From IMG/VR virus record IMGVR_UViG_3300045988_060029: a DNA stretch of 44,780 nucleotides. One strand, 5' to 3'. This DNA is from a virus. This document shows positions 35,224 through 43,777 of this stretch, piece by piece (within the stretch, counting starts at the first letter, position 1; the number at the start of each line of letters is the position of its first letter). Position numbers and translations under genes: made by a program. The notes under the pieces are model-generated. The model saw only the letters and a list, made by a program, of their open reading frames with translations. It was not told where the DNA came from and did not search any database.

Positions 35224-35703
35224 ATGGAATTACAGGATAGCGGCAACCGCAGAGAATTTGACTCCGGCGCGGTACGAGACATCAACGAGGGCAAAGGCAG
35301 GTGTGACCTGCTCCCGCTCGGTGTGATAGCCGATATGATTGATGATGAAATTCTCTGCCGTATCGACCAGTATGTTCGTTCCGGCAATAGAAGCTCTCTT
35401 GTAGCCGCAATCAAGTCTTTCGCGGAGTACCGATATGGGAGTCTTTATACGGCTCTGTTAGAGGTCTCCAAGCACTATGAGGACGGTTGCAACAAATACG
35501 GTGAGCGTAATTGGGAAAAAGGTATTCCCATTCACTGCTATATCGACAGCGGTGTGCGCCACTACATCAAGTTTATTCGCAGTGACGAGGACGAACCACA
35601 CGATAGAGCGTTTCTGTGGAATATGCTTGGTGCGCTGTGGACACAGCAATATCACCCGGAATGTTGTGACCTGCCGTTTACAGAGGAGGTACAAAATGAC
35701 TGA
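35224..35703 (+). CDS. Nucleotide pyrophosphohydrolase-like protein (dATP/dGTP diphosphohydrolase N-terminal-domain family, tentative)
   Basis: …SGAVRDINEGKGRCDLLP… and …NKYGERNWEKG… match the family pattern as I recall it. Confidence 0.45.
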   Translation: MELQDSGNRREFDSGAVRDINEGKGRCDLLPLGVIADMIDDEILCRIDQYVRSGNRSSLVAAIKSFAEYRYGSLYTALLEVSKHYEDGCNKYGERNWEKGIPIHCYIDSGVRHYIKFIRSDEDEPHDRAFLWNMLGALWTQQYHPECCDLPFTEEVQND

Positions 35704-36250
35704 TAAAGAACGCCTTGACCTTATGATGAGTACCAATCTCGCCGGGATTGTCAAAGACGATTTTCTCAAGTGGCTTGGTGAAAACGGATTTTTCAACGCC
35801 CCGGCAAGCACAAAGTACCACGGTAATTATGCGGGAGGTCTGTTCGACCATTCCTTTATGGTGATGAACCTGCTTGTGGAGCTTTCGGCGGCGAACGCTC
35901 TCAAGTGGAAACGCCCCGCGAGTCCGTTCATCGTGGGTATGTTCCACGACCTTTGCAAAATCGACCAGTATCGAGGAACTTGTTGTAAAGACGGGGCTTT
36001 GCACGACCACATTGTTGATTGGGAATATAATCCCAACACGCTTTTCAAAGGTCACGGTGATAAATCCATCATTCTTCTCTCCCAATTCCTCACGCTAACC
36101 GATGAGGAAGTCGCGTGTATACGCTACCACATGGGTGCGTTTACCGAAAAAGAAGAATGGCGGGATTACACCCGCGCCGTACACGCTTTCCCGAATGTCC
36201 TGTGGACGCACCAAGCAGATATGCTTGCGTCTCATGTGGTAGGGATTTGA
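35696..36250 (+). CDS. HD-domain phosphohydrolase
   Basis: Internal ATG of track ORF 35477..36250 after GAGGAGG. …STKYHG…GGLFDHS…FHDLCK… His/Asp motifs. Confidence 0.7.
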   Translation: MTDKERLDLMMSTNLAGIVKDDFLKWLGENGFFNAPASTKYHGNYAGGLFDHSFMVMNLLVELSAANALKWKRPASPFIVGMFHDLCKIDQYRGTCCKDGALHDHIVDWEYNPNTLFKGHGDKSIILLSQFLTLTDEEVACIRYHMGAFTEKEEWRDYTRAVHAFPNVLWTHQADMLASHVVGI

Positions 36251-36252
36251 CG

Positions 36253-36588
36253 ATGGCAGTATTCAAGAGAGCGAACGGTCACATTTTCGGCGTTCAATTC
36301 TCTGCCAAGGAGCAGAAAGCGATTGACGCAGAAATCCCCCGACAGTGTGCGGAGTACGACAAGAAAAACGCTGACGAGGTGGACGCGGTTATCCTGTGGC
36401 TACTTCACGAGAAGTTCGGTTTCGGTAAAAAGCGTCTGAGGGCGTTTTACGATTCCTTTTCCACTGAGCTTGACGCACTTGTTAAGCGGTACGAAATGGG
36501 TGACGAGGACAAAGCGTGGCTCTGTTCTCGGAAGCTAAAAGATTACGGTATTGATATTTCCACATGGAATAAGGAGGAAACAAAATGA
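36253..36588 (+). CDS. Hypothetical protein (111 aa)
   Basis: Internal ATG of track ORF 36115..36588 just after the HD gene stop. Weak RBS. Confidence 0.45.
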   Translation: MAVFKRANGHIFGVQFSAKEQKAIDAEIPRQCAEYDKKNADEVDAVILWLLHEKFGFGKKRLRAFYDSFSTELDALVKRYEMGDEDKAWLCSRKLKDYGIDISTWNKEETK

Positions 36589-36818
36589 GTTACAAGCTCA
36601 AAACGGCAAACGGCAAGGTTGCTTTTCTGCTCAAGACGGGCAAGGATTTTGTGAAAAATCAGATGGCTGTCGCTTCCGCACAGCACATTATCGACACAGG
36701 TACTATGCAGAAGTCCGATATTGAGGGCTATCCCATCAATGTGGACGATAAGTGGTACTTTGCCGGAGAGGTGTTTAAGAAGTCCGCTCCCCGTAAGACG
36801 GAGGGCGTTGCGGAATGA
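36585..36818 (+). CDS. Hypothetical protein (77 aa)
   Basis: ATGA coupling and a GGAGG RBS. Confidence 0.55.
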   Translation: MSYKLKTANGKVAFLLKTGKDFVKNQMAVASAQHIIDTGTMQKSDIEGYPINVDDKWYFAGEVFKKSAPRKTEGVAE

Positions 36819-37108
36819 GAACATTTTACTCCGAATATGTCCAACACTGTATGCGTTTCTACGCCCGTCACGCCAATCCGAAGTTCCGCAGTGACGCGGA
36901 TAAAAAGAACTGGTTCGCCTGTGACAGCGCATTGAAAGGCTTTACGGATAAGGAGCGGGAAATGCTCCTCACTATCTACCGTGAGGGAGATACGATTCCC
37001 GATAACATCTACAACCTGTCCGTTGCGTTGGAGATTAAACAGGATATTCTTTGGAAGCTCGTAAATGAGCTTGAACGCAAAGTTGCAAAAAGGAGGGGAC
37101 TTGTGTGA
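36815..37108 (+). CDS. Possible sigma-70 region-4-like transcription regulator (97 aa)
   Basis: …FTDKEREMLLTIYREGDTI…VALEIKQDILWKLVNELERKVAKRRGL resembles small phage sigma-r4/HTH regulators. Confidence 0.35.
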   Translation: MRTFYSEYVQHCMRFYARHANPKFRSDADKKNWFACDSALKGFTDKEREMLLTIYREGDTIPDNIYNLSVALEIKQDILWKLVNELERKVAKRRGLV

Positions 37109-37893
37109 ACTGCTACGAGAACATACCTGCGGAACTAAAAAAACTGAATCAGTGGGTTTGTACTCGTGGCAATAGCAAAGTCCCGATGAAAGCATGGGAG
37201 AATGAAGCCGCGTCCTCCACTAATCCGCAGACATGGGCTGATTTCGATACCGCGCACAAATCGGTTTCAGACGGTCATTACGACTACTGTGGGTTTGTGT
37301 TTAACGACAACGGATTTGTCGGGGTGGACATCGACACGGGTTATGACGAGGACGGACTTCTTTCTCCTCTTGCGGCAGATATTATCGGCAAATGCCGAAG
37401 CTACACGGAGAAATCCAAGAGTGGTCGCGGATTTCATATCCTGCTCAAAGGGGACTTGCCGTTCAAGGGCAAGAACAACCTTGCAGGTGTTGAGATTTAC
37501 AAGTCCTCCCGGTACTTCATTATGACGGGTGATACACTTCTATTTCGCTCTATCGAAGAAAATCAGAGCGCGATTGAGTATATTGTCGAAAAGTATTTTC
37601 CCGAAACTCAGCGAGAAAAAGATACTGCCGCTTATGGTGGTCGTATCTACTGCCCGATATGGGAAATGCCCGAAAACAATCGTATCAAGCTCCGTCCTGT
37701 CTATCCTCGAATCCCGAACGGTAGCCGCAATATCTGTCTGACCTCACTTGCGGGTATGCTCCACAATCAAGGCTACAGTAAGCAACAGATATATGACGAA
37801 CTGCTTTACTGTAACACGGTTGCCTGTGACCCTCCTCTTGACAGGGGTGAGATACAAACAATCTGTAACAGTGTGACACGGTACAAACGATGA
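37105..37893 (+). CDS. Primase-polymerase (prim-pol) with PriCT-like C-terminal domain
   Basis: …GFVGVDIDTGYDE… (DxD), …SKSGRGFHILLKG…, and a C-terminal …GSRNICLTSLAGMLHNQGYS…. Confidence 0.8.
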   Translation: MNCYENIPAELKKLNQWVCTRGNSKVPMKAWENEAASSTNPQTWADFDTAHKSVSDGHYDYCGFVFNDNGFVGVDIDTGYDEDGLLSPLAADIIGKCRSYTEKSKSGRGFHILLKGDLPFKGKNNLAGVEIYKSSRYFIMTGDTLLFRSIEENQSAIEYIVEKYFPETQREKDTAAYGGRIYCPIWEMPENNRIKLRPVYPRIPNGSRNICLTSLAGMLHNQGYSKQQIYDELLYCNTVACDPPLDRGEIQTICNSVTRYKR

Positions 37894-38096
37894 AATATGA
37901 ACCCTATCACGCGCTTATAAACGCAATCATTTTGCAAGCGGTCAAGAATTACCGTACTGCGTTGGACGATGAAAACACCTCCGGCATTACGGAGTGTGAG
38001 CGGTTCTTCCGCTCGGATTGGTTCACTTTCCTCACCGATGTGGACGGAGAAATCATCATTCGGCAGGTGAAAAGAGAAATAACACGAAAAAGATAA
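37890..38096 (+). CDS. Hypothetical protein (68 aa)
   Basis: ATGA coupling to the prim-pol gene. Confidence 0.55.
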   Translation: MKYEPYHALINAIILQAVKNYRTALDDENTSGITECERFFRSDWFTFLTDVDGEIIIRQVKREITRKR

Positions 38097-38143
38097 GAAA
38101 TATTAAAATAAGTGTTGACAACTAATCTTTTTCGTGTTATTAT
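38079..38143 (+). promoter_or_regulatory. 16-bp perfect inverted repeat overlapping a TTGACA-17-TATTAT promoter
   Basis: ATAACACGAAAAAGAT (38079-94) pairs with ATCTTTTTCGTGTTAT (38125-40). -35 at 38115-20 and -10 at 38138-43, upstream of the MazF-like gene. Confidence 0.6.
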
Positions 38144-38197
38144 CTAATCACAAAGAGACAAGAAACAATCTCTTGAAGATTAAAGGAGGTCTTATCG

Positions 38198-38665
38198 GTG
38201 ACAGAAATCTATCGAGGTGACATTTACTACATAATGCCGTTTTATACGGTCACGGGTTCTGAACAGAGAGCAGGTAGACCCGGCGTAGTCGTGTCCAACG
38301 ACATAAACAATCGACACTCTCCCAATGTGGAAATCGTATTCTTGACCTCGCAGGAAAAGAAACCGCTTCCCACCCATGTCCCTGTGATGTGCCGCGTTCC
38401 GTCCACTGCCCTCTGTGAGAACATTCAGACGGTATCAAAGGAACGGCTTTCCACATTCATTAAATCCTGCACCACGAAAGAGCTGAAAAACATTGACAAC
38501 GCTCTGCTCGTGTCTCTCGGTATCAACTCCCCGTTTCCTGTCGGGGGGGGGATTGATGAAAACGCGCCGCAGAAAAGCACACCCACAGAGGTGGAGCGCG
38601 ACCTCTACAAAACGCTGTATGAACAAATTCTTGATAAACTGGTAGGAGGAAACACCAATGATTAA
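38198..38665 (+). CDS. MazF/PemK-family toxin (endoribonuclease fold) with ~36-aa C-terminal extension; no adjacent antitoxin recognised
   Basis: …RGDIYY…GSEQRAGRPGVVVSNDINNRHSPNVEIVFLTSQEKKPLPTHV…ENIQTVSKERL… aligns with EndoA/MazF as I recall it. GTG start after AAAGGAGG. Confidence 0.8.
   Translation: MTEIYRGDIYYIMPFYTVTGSEQRAGRPGVVVSNDINNRHSPNVEIVFLTSQEKKPLPTHVPVMCRVPSTALCENIQTVSKERLSTFIKSCTTKELKNIDNALLVSLGINSPFPVGGGIDENAPQKSTPTEVERDLYKTLYEQILDKLVGGNTND
38543..38551 (+). repeat. G9 homopolymer tract inside the MazF-like gene
   Basis: GTC GGG GGG GGG ATT, exactly where the MazF-like domain ends. With G10 the reading would be GGG GAT TGA. Confidence 0.9.
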
Positions 38666-39344
38666 GGTAGAAAACATTGGAGTTTGGGGATTTGAACACG
38701 CTATCCGTGGTATGAGAAATCCTTTGAACAGTTGGGACAGGTCGGACAGTTACCACGCCGTTGACTGCGGCAAATGCGGTCGTATCGAGCGCGAGGGTAT
38801 CTGCTACCCGAAAGAGCATGACTGCACACCGTATTACTGCTATGAAATCGGTGAGAATGACCTTACTCTTATGCGAAAGCTGTTTGCGGCGGGACACGCG
38901 CACAGAAAGTATCTGCGGCAGATTTTTGTCGCTATGGACATCACTGCTCCGCTGTACTGGTGGAAAGAGTTTGACACCTACAAGGTAGGTACGACCGCTA
39001 ATTCCTGTTCCACCATGCACAAAATCGCCGCAAAGGAGTTTGAACTCTCTGATTTCAGCACGGAACATCTTGTCGGACTGTCTATCGCCGCGTTACAGGG
39101 TGTTCTCGATGTGATGAACTTGGAGCGAAAGCATTTTCTTGTCACCCACGATAAGGACTGTTGGTGGCAGATGATTCAGCTTCTCCCGTCCAGTTACAAT
39201 CAGCGGCGCACGGTTACTATGACCTACGAGAATGTGATGAATATGCTCGACTACCGCGAGGGTCATAAACTGGACGAGTGGCGCGAGTTTTGTGAAATCT
39301 TGAGGGCATTGCCCCATGTGGAGGTAATCAGAAATGGCAAGTAA
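38658..39344 (+). CDS. ThyX-like (flavin-dependent thymidylate synthase-related) protein, divergent
   Basis: …AHRKYLRQIFVAMDITAPLYWWKEFDTYKVGTTANSCSTMH… resembles a phage ThyX-like family. The canonical RHR…S…RY signature is not evident. Confidence 0.45.
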   Translation: MIKVENIGVWGFEHAIRGMRNPLNSWDRSDSYHAVDCGKCGRIEREGICYPKEHDCTPYYCYEIGENDLTLMRKLFAAGHAHRKYLRQIFVAMDITAPLYWWKEFDTYKVGTTANSCSTMHKIAAKEFELSDFSTEHLVGLSIAALQGVLDVMNLERKHFLVTHDKDCWWQMIQLLPSSYNQRRTVTMTYENVMNMLDYREGHKLDEWREFCEILRALPHVEVIRNGK

Positions 39345-39585
39345 CGAAATCAACACGGTCACATTGTCCGTCAGTTCCTATAACTCCGTCAAGAACGATG
39401 TGTTCCGCTACAACTTGTTCTTGGACAATCTCTTACAGGAAGCTATGCTCTCCGAAGACCATCAGTCTCTTGTGTTTGACTCCAAGAAAATCGAGGAAGC
39501 AGTCAAGTTCTGCTATTTCGAGCGGTATAAGAAGAAGTTGGCAACGCTGAGAACACAGGCTACGAAGTACGGAGATAAAAAGTGA
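39334..39585 (+). CDS. Hypothetical protein (83 aa)
   Basis: Overlaps the upstream gene end. No motif recognised. Confidence 0.5.
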   Translation: MASNEINTVTLSVSSYNSVKNDVFRYNLFLDNLLQEAMLSEDHQSLVFDSKKIEEAVKFCYFERYKKKLATLRTQATKYGDKK

Positions 39586-39595
39586 GGTGAGGTAA

Positions 39596-41119
39596 ATGGC
39601 AGGTGACAGAGAGCTTTTTGAGCTGAGTAACGGCAGGTGCATTATGGACGAAGACCTGTCCGATAAAATGTATATCATTAAGTCCTACCACCCCGAACGC
39701 GCTGATGAGACTTCCTCCGGCTTTGAGTGGTCGGAAATGGGTATGGCAAACCTGTTCGGTATGCTCTACAACCGCGAAGCGCGGTACTGCACAGAGCATA
39801 AGAGTTGGTACACCTATTTTGAGGGTGCGTGGCGGCGTGACGAGGGTGCAATCCTTGTCTCGGAGAAAATCAAGGACTTTGTGCGCTTGATGATTCTCTA
39901 CTGTGGCGAAATCACAGACGATGATACCCGAAAGGCGTACACCTCATTCGTGAACAAGATGGGTGATAGGCGTATGAGAGATAGAATCCTCAAGGACGCA
40001 ACAGGCGAACTCCGCATTTCTGCTACGGATTTCGACTCCAACCCCTACCTCATCAACTGTCTCAACGGGACATATTCCTTGGAGGACTATTCTTTCAGAG
40101 AACCACGGTGGGACGATTTTCTCACCATGCAAACCCGTTTCCGGCACACGGTACGCCGTGATGTGAAGTGTACGCGGTGGGAACAGTTCATTGATGAAGT
40201 TACACAGGGTGATAAGGATAAAGCTGACTTCCTGCAACGCGCTCTTGGGTACTCCATGCTCGGTATGAGCAATGAGGAATGTATGTTTATCCTCCACGGC
40301 AAAACGACCCGTAACGGCAAGAGTACCCTCCTCAATACGATTGAGTATATGCTTGGGGATTATGCAAAAGTCGCTCCTGTCGGTATGATTTGCCGTGGTG
40401 ACAGGCAGAAAGACGCGGAAGCCGCGTCCCCTACCCTTGCCGGACTCAAGGGCAAGCGGTTTGTCACGATGAGTGAGAGCAATGAGTACGGCAAACTGGA
40501 CGAGGAGAAAATCAAACAGCTTACAGGCGGTGAAGAAATCTCCGCTCGTGCGCTCTATCAGACAGCTATCACATACCGTCCTCAATTTACCTTGTGGCTC
40601 TCCTGTAACGACCTGCCAATGGTAACAGACAAATCCCTGTTCGCGTCTCAGCGTATCAAGGTGATTGAGTTCAACAGGCATTTTTCTCCGTCTGAGCAGG
40701 ACACTCACCTCAAGGACGAACTGACCTCCCTTGACGCTATGAGCGGCATTTTCATGTGGCTCGTGCGCGGTTACATCAAGTACAAGGAAAACGGTCTTAC
40801 AATGTCTAAGAGCTTGTCAGAGGTTGTTGAGCGATACGAGCGGGATAACGACCTTGTATTGCAGTTCCTCGAAAACCGCTGTGTGCGTGTCCCCGAAGAA
40901 GAAAATAATCCCTACGGTGAGAAAAACAAGCGTACTCTCATCAAGGCGAAAGACCTCTATACCGCGTTCAAACTGTGGGCGAAGTCTGAGGGCGCGTATG
41001 TGCTGTCCGCGCGGAAGTTCAATTCTGAAATGGAGCGTCACCCCGAATGGTTTGACCGCAAATCGACTTCCAGTGGATTTATGATTTATTGGGGCTTGAA
41101 GCTCAAGGAGGTAGTATAA
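39596..41119 (+). CDS. P4/D5-family primase-helicase NTPase
   Basis: …FLQRALGYSMLG…FILHGKTTRNGKSTLLNTIE… (Walker A) and …LKGKRFVTMSE… (Walker B region), typical of P4-family C-terminal domains. Confidence 0.85.
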   Translation: MAGDRELFELSNGRCIMDEDLSDKMYIIKSYHPERADETSSGFEWSEMGMANLFGMLYNREARYCTEHKSWYTYFEGAWRRDEGAILVSEKIKDFVRLMILYCGEITDDDTRKAYTSFVNKMGDRRMRDRILKDATGELRISATDFDSNPYLINCLNGTYSLEDYSFREPRWDDFLTMQTRFRHTVRRDVKCTRWEQFIDEVTQGDKDKADFLQRALGYSMLGMSNEECMFILHGKTTRNGKSTLLNTIEYMLGDYAKVAPVGMICRGDRQKDAEAASPTLAGLKGKRFVTMSESNEYGKLDEEKIKQLTGGEEISARALYQTAITYRPQFTLWLSCNDLPMVTDKSLFASQRIKVIEFNRHFSPSEQDTHLKDELTSLDAMSGIFMWLVRGYIKYKENGLTMSKSLSEVVERYERDNDLVLQFLENRCVRVPEEENNPYGEKNKRTLIKAKDLYTAFKLWAKSEGAYVLSARKFNSEMERHPEWFDRKSTSSGFMIYWGLKLKEVV

Positions 41120-41320
41120 ATGAACGCTTCTTGCTTGGACGAGAAAGGACGCTTTAAGTCCTGCCCGTACAGAGTATATACCGATGAGCATAAGGCGATT
41201 TTAAGGGGACAGGGTGATTTCGTCTCACAGTGTTTTTACCCGTGCATTGGTGAGGAGTGCGTTGCATACCATGTGGGAATTTGCTTACGCCTTGCCGCCG
41301 CGCTAAAGGAGGTCAAATAA
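41120..41320 (+). CDS. Cys-rich small protein (66 aa)
   Basis: ATG after AAGGAGG. Confidence 0.5.
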   Translation: MNASCLDEKGRFKSCPYRVYTDEHKAILRGQGDFVSQCFYPCIGEECVAYHVGICLRLAAALKEVK

Positions 41321-41523
41321 TGTCAAGAGTATTGACCGTGGACGGTAGCGTGAAAATCGGTGCATACCGCTTCCCCGACAGGAAAAAGCCCTGTCTTTGT
41401 GTAGAAAAAGGCAACACCTGTACGGTGTACGGCTCTTTTATCGACACCGACCGCGCAAATGAATTTATGAATGAACTCGCCGCCCTTGTGGGTGCGAGAG
41501 ATGATAAGGAGAGATTAGAATGA
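41320..41523 (+). CDS. Hypothetical protein (67 aa)
   Basis: Internal ATG of track ORF 41257..41523 after AAGGAGG. TAATG coupling. Confidence 0.5.
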   Translation: MSRVLTVDGSVKIGAYRFPDRKKPCLCVEKGNTCTVYGSFIDTDRANEFMNELAALVGARDDKERLE

Positions 41524-41882
41524 CAAACGATGAACGCCACCCTACCGGGCTACTCCATTCTGCTGATGAACTGCGTCAGCTTATCCGCGAGAACCCCGCC
41601 CTCCCACTTCTCGTCTTTGCGGGTGAGGAAGCCAATAGCGGGGATTATCCCTATATGAGTTGTAGTTACATCAAGGCGTACAAGGGAGAATTTCTCGACT
41701 GCACTCAGACGGTCAACGACTGTATGTGCTACACCGATAGGGACGAGTTCGAGGAAGCTGTCGCGGACTCTCTTGCCGATGGTGATTACACTGATGAGGA
41801 GTTTGACGCTCTCGTGAAGAAAACGGTTGCCGAATATGACCCATACTGGAAGCCGTGTATCATTCTGAATGTGGATAATTGA
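41520..41882 (+). CDS. Hypothetical acidic protein (120 aa)
   Basis: ATGA coupling. Confidence 0.55.
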   Translation: MTNDERHPTGLLHSADELRQLIRENPALPLLVFAGEEANSGDYPYMSCSYIKAYKGEFLDCTQTVNDCMCYTDRDEFEEAVADSLADGDYTDEEFDALVKKTVAEYDPYWKPCIILNVDN

Positions 41883-41894
41883 GGAGGTGTAATA

Positions 41895-42089
41895 ATGTTC
41901 ATTTGGCTTACAAACCCGACTATCGGACAGGTGCTTGTAAATCTCAACCTCGTCACCGCTGTCACCTGCGTACAGGGTAGAAATACCGTCTGTTTTACTG
42001 GCGGCGAGGAGGATTATATCGTGGTTACGGAGTCCCTTGAGGACATCTACGAGCGGATTCAGTCCGCAGAAAAGAGGTACAGGAAATGA
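41895..42089 (+). CDS. Hypothetical protein (64 aa)
   Basis: ATG after GAGGAGG. Confidence 0.5.
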   Translation: MFIWLTNPTIGQVLVNLNLVTAVTCVQGRNTVCFTGGEEDYIVVTESLEDIYERIQSAEKRYRK

Positions 42090-42403
42090 CGATACCCGAA
42101 AAGCTGAAAATCGGTGCAAAGGTTTACGGCGTGGAAATCACGAACAAGCTCGACTTGGGTAATGTGAATTACTCCGGCGAAATCTCCTATACCGACTTGG
42201 TTATCCGTATCTGTCCGAACGCACAGGCGAAAATGGAAGCCGACTTTCTTCACGAAATGATTCACGGTATGCTCGACCATCTTGGCTATACCGAACACGA
42301 TGAGAAAAAGGTTGACGAGCTTGCAAATGTGCTTCACATGGTGATACTGGATAACCCCGCCGTGTTCGCACCTGTTAAGGAGGGACAGCACGAAAATGGT
42401 TAA
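42086..42403 (+). CDS. Small HExxH-motif protein (105 aa), possible minimal metallopeptidase
   Basis: FLHEMIHGMLDH contains HExxH. ATGA coupling. Confidence 0.4.
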   Translation: MTIPEKLKIGAKVYGVEITNKLDLGNVNYSGEISYTDLVIRICPNAQAKMEADFLHEMIHGMLDHLGYTEHDEKKVDELANVLHMVILDNPAVFAPVKEGQHENG

Positions 42404-42590
42404 ATGCCCGTTCGCTGTTCCCACCTGCAAATGTTACGACTGTGCGTGTAATGCGTCTTATGATGAGTGCAATCATGGGTACTGTATAACTTGTTTTGAA
42501 TGTCTCAATGAGAGCAAGGCGGTACACAATATCTATCTTTGCACAGGTTATGAAAGAATGGTGGCAAATGGAAATGAAAATTCTGAATGA
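42396..42590 (+). CDS. Cys-rich small protein (64 aa)
   Basis: 13 Cys residues, including CxxC-type pairs (CKCYDCAC…CITCFEC). Confidence 0.5.
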   Translation: MVKCPFAVPTCKCYDCACNASYDECNHGYCITCFECLNESKAVHNIYLCTGYERMVANGNENSE

Positions 42591-42750
42591 GCTTGCGGGT
42601 ATGCTTGAGGACATAAATCCGAACGAAATCGTCTCTCACATACTGGACGGGACGCTTCTCCCGTGGCTTGCGAGTTGGAAAATGAAGTCTCAAATGCTTG
42701 TGGCTTTCCTGCTCGAAAATGAAAAAGCTCGATTATCCGAAAAGGATTGA
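42550..42750 (+). CDS. Hypothetical protein (66 aa), start uncertain
   Basis: Internal ATG of track ORF 42496..42750. It is the last gene of the early operon. Confidence 0.4.
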   Translation: MKEWWQMEMKILNELAGMLEDINPNEIVSHILDGTLLPWLASWKMKSQMLVAFLLENEKARLSEKD

Positions 42751-42754
42751 AAAA

Positions 42755-42926
42755 TAATCCTAAACGACATTAGGAGACTAATCCGAATAAGATTGACAAA
42801 TAATCTTTTCGACTTTTCGTTTTGCAGACGAAAATGAGCAGGTCTTTGAAAAACTAATCCTAATCGGATAACGACCTTTTTAGGGGCTTGTCTCAATCAG
42901 ATTGGAAAATAGTCTGTATCGGATTA
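42755..42926. promoter_or_regulatory. Cluster of TAATCC/ATCCGAAT operator-like motifs with a TTGACA box
   Basis: TAATCC 42755-60, CTAATCCGAAT 42778-88, TTGACA 42793-98, CTAATCC 42854-60, TAATCGGA 42861-68, ATCGGATTA 42918-26. Confidence 0.45.
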
Positions 42927-42940
42927 AAACGGTCAAGTTG

Positions 42941-43053
42941 AAGTAGTAAAAGTAGTTGTTTTTTAGCTTTTGCGTGTAACTTCCTCTATATAGGAAAATC
43001 CCTACTATAAGAAGTTACACGCAAAACCCGATTTTTAACTACTTTAACTACTT
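42941..43053. repeat. Palindromic element copy B (~113 bp), homologous to 24938-25046
   Basis: AAGTAGTAAAAGTAGT (42941-56) pairs with ACTACTTTAACTACTT (43038-53). The inner 16-bp perfect stem is TTTTGCGTGTAACTTC / GAAGTTACACGCAAAA. Confidence 0.85.
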
Positions 43054-43145
43054 ACTTGTAAGAAGAATAAGAAGAAAAGAGGACTCTCCGACTCGGAAAG
43101 AGGACTCTCGTGCGATTATACGACTTTACGGAGGTGCATTGGAAA

Positions 43146-43733
43146 ATGGCAGAGAAAAAGACGGAGAAAGATGTGCAGGTGATTAAGAAAAAGCCCCGTG
43201 GTGGAAACTCCCCTGTCATTGGTGATAACGGGCTTATGCTCGAAGCGGGAGATAATACGAAGATTATGAGTATCAATATAGCATTGTTTAATATGCAGGA
43301 TATTGATATGAATGATGTAAATGCAGTCACTCAGAGATTGGGTGAATATTTTGCGTTGTATGAGAAAGCTGACTTGAAGCCGACTGTTGCAGGAATGGCT
43401 ATTGCACTGAACGGAATGAGCAGACAGACATTGACGGCTATTGCACATGATAAACCGACTGGAAGTGCCGGATATAAGACAGCATTGCCGCGAGAGGTAG
43501 CCGACTCCATTAAAAAGGCGTATAAAATGTTGGAAAATATGTGGGAAACCTACATGAACAGTGGCAAAATTAACCCTGTTTCGGGTATCTTCCTCGGCAA
43601 GAACAACTACGGCTATCAAGACAAGACCGAATATGTGCTGACTCCCAATCAGCAGAACGACTCCGACTATGACGCAGAGGACATTCGACAGCGTTATCTC
43701 ATCGACTCTGACAGCGACTCTCAGAGCGACTAA
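43146..43733 (+). CDS. terS: Terminase small subunit
   Basis: …[22 protein letters not shown]… HTH-like region and …[18 protein letters not shown]… match the TerS family pattern as I recall it. Acidic DSDSDSQSD tail. Confidence 0.75.
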   Translation: MAEKKTEKDVQVIKKKPRGGNSPVIGDNGLMLEAGDNTKIMSINIALFNMQDIDMNDVNAVTQRLGEYFALYEKADLKPTVAGMAIALNGMSRQTLTAIAHDKPTGSAGYKTALPREVADSIKKAYKMLENMWETYMNSGKINPVSGIFLGKNNYGYQDKTEYVLTPNQQNDSDYDAEDIRQRYLIDSDSDSQSD

Positions 43734-43770
43734 CAACTCTCGACTCTCAAACGACTTTCGACTATCGACT
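43658..43770 (+). repeat. Array of 9 CGACT pentamers spanning the terS 3' end and downstream spacer
   Basis: CGACT at 43658, 43664, 43703, 43715, 43727, 43741, 43752, 43759 and 43766. Two further copies lie upstream of terS at 43089 and 43121. Confidence 0.7.
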
Positions 43771-43777
43771 ATCACGC

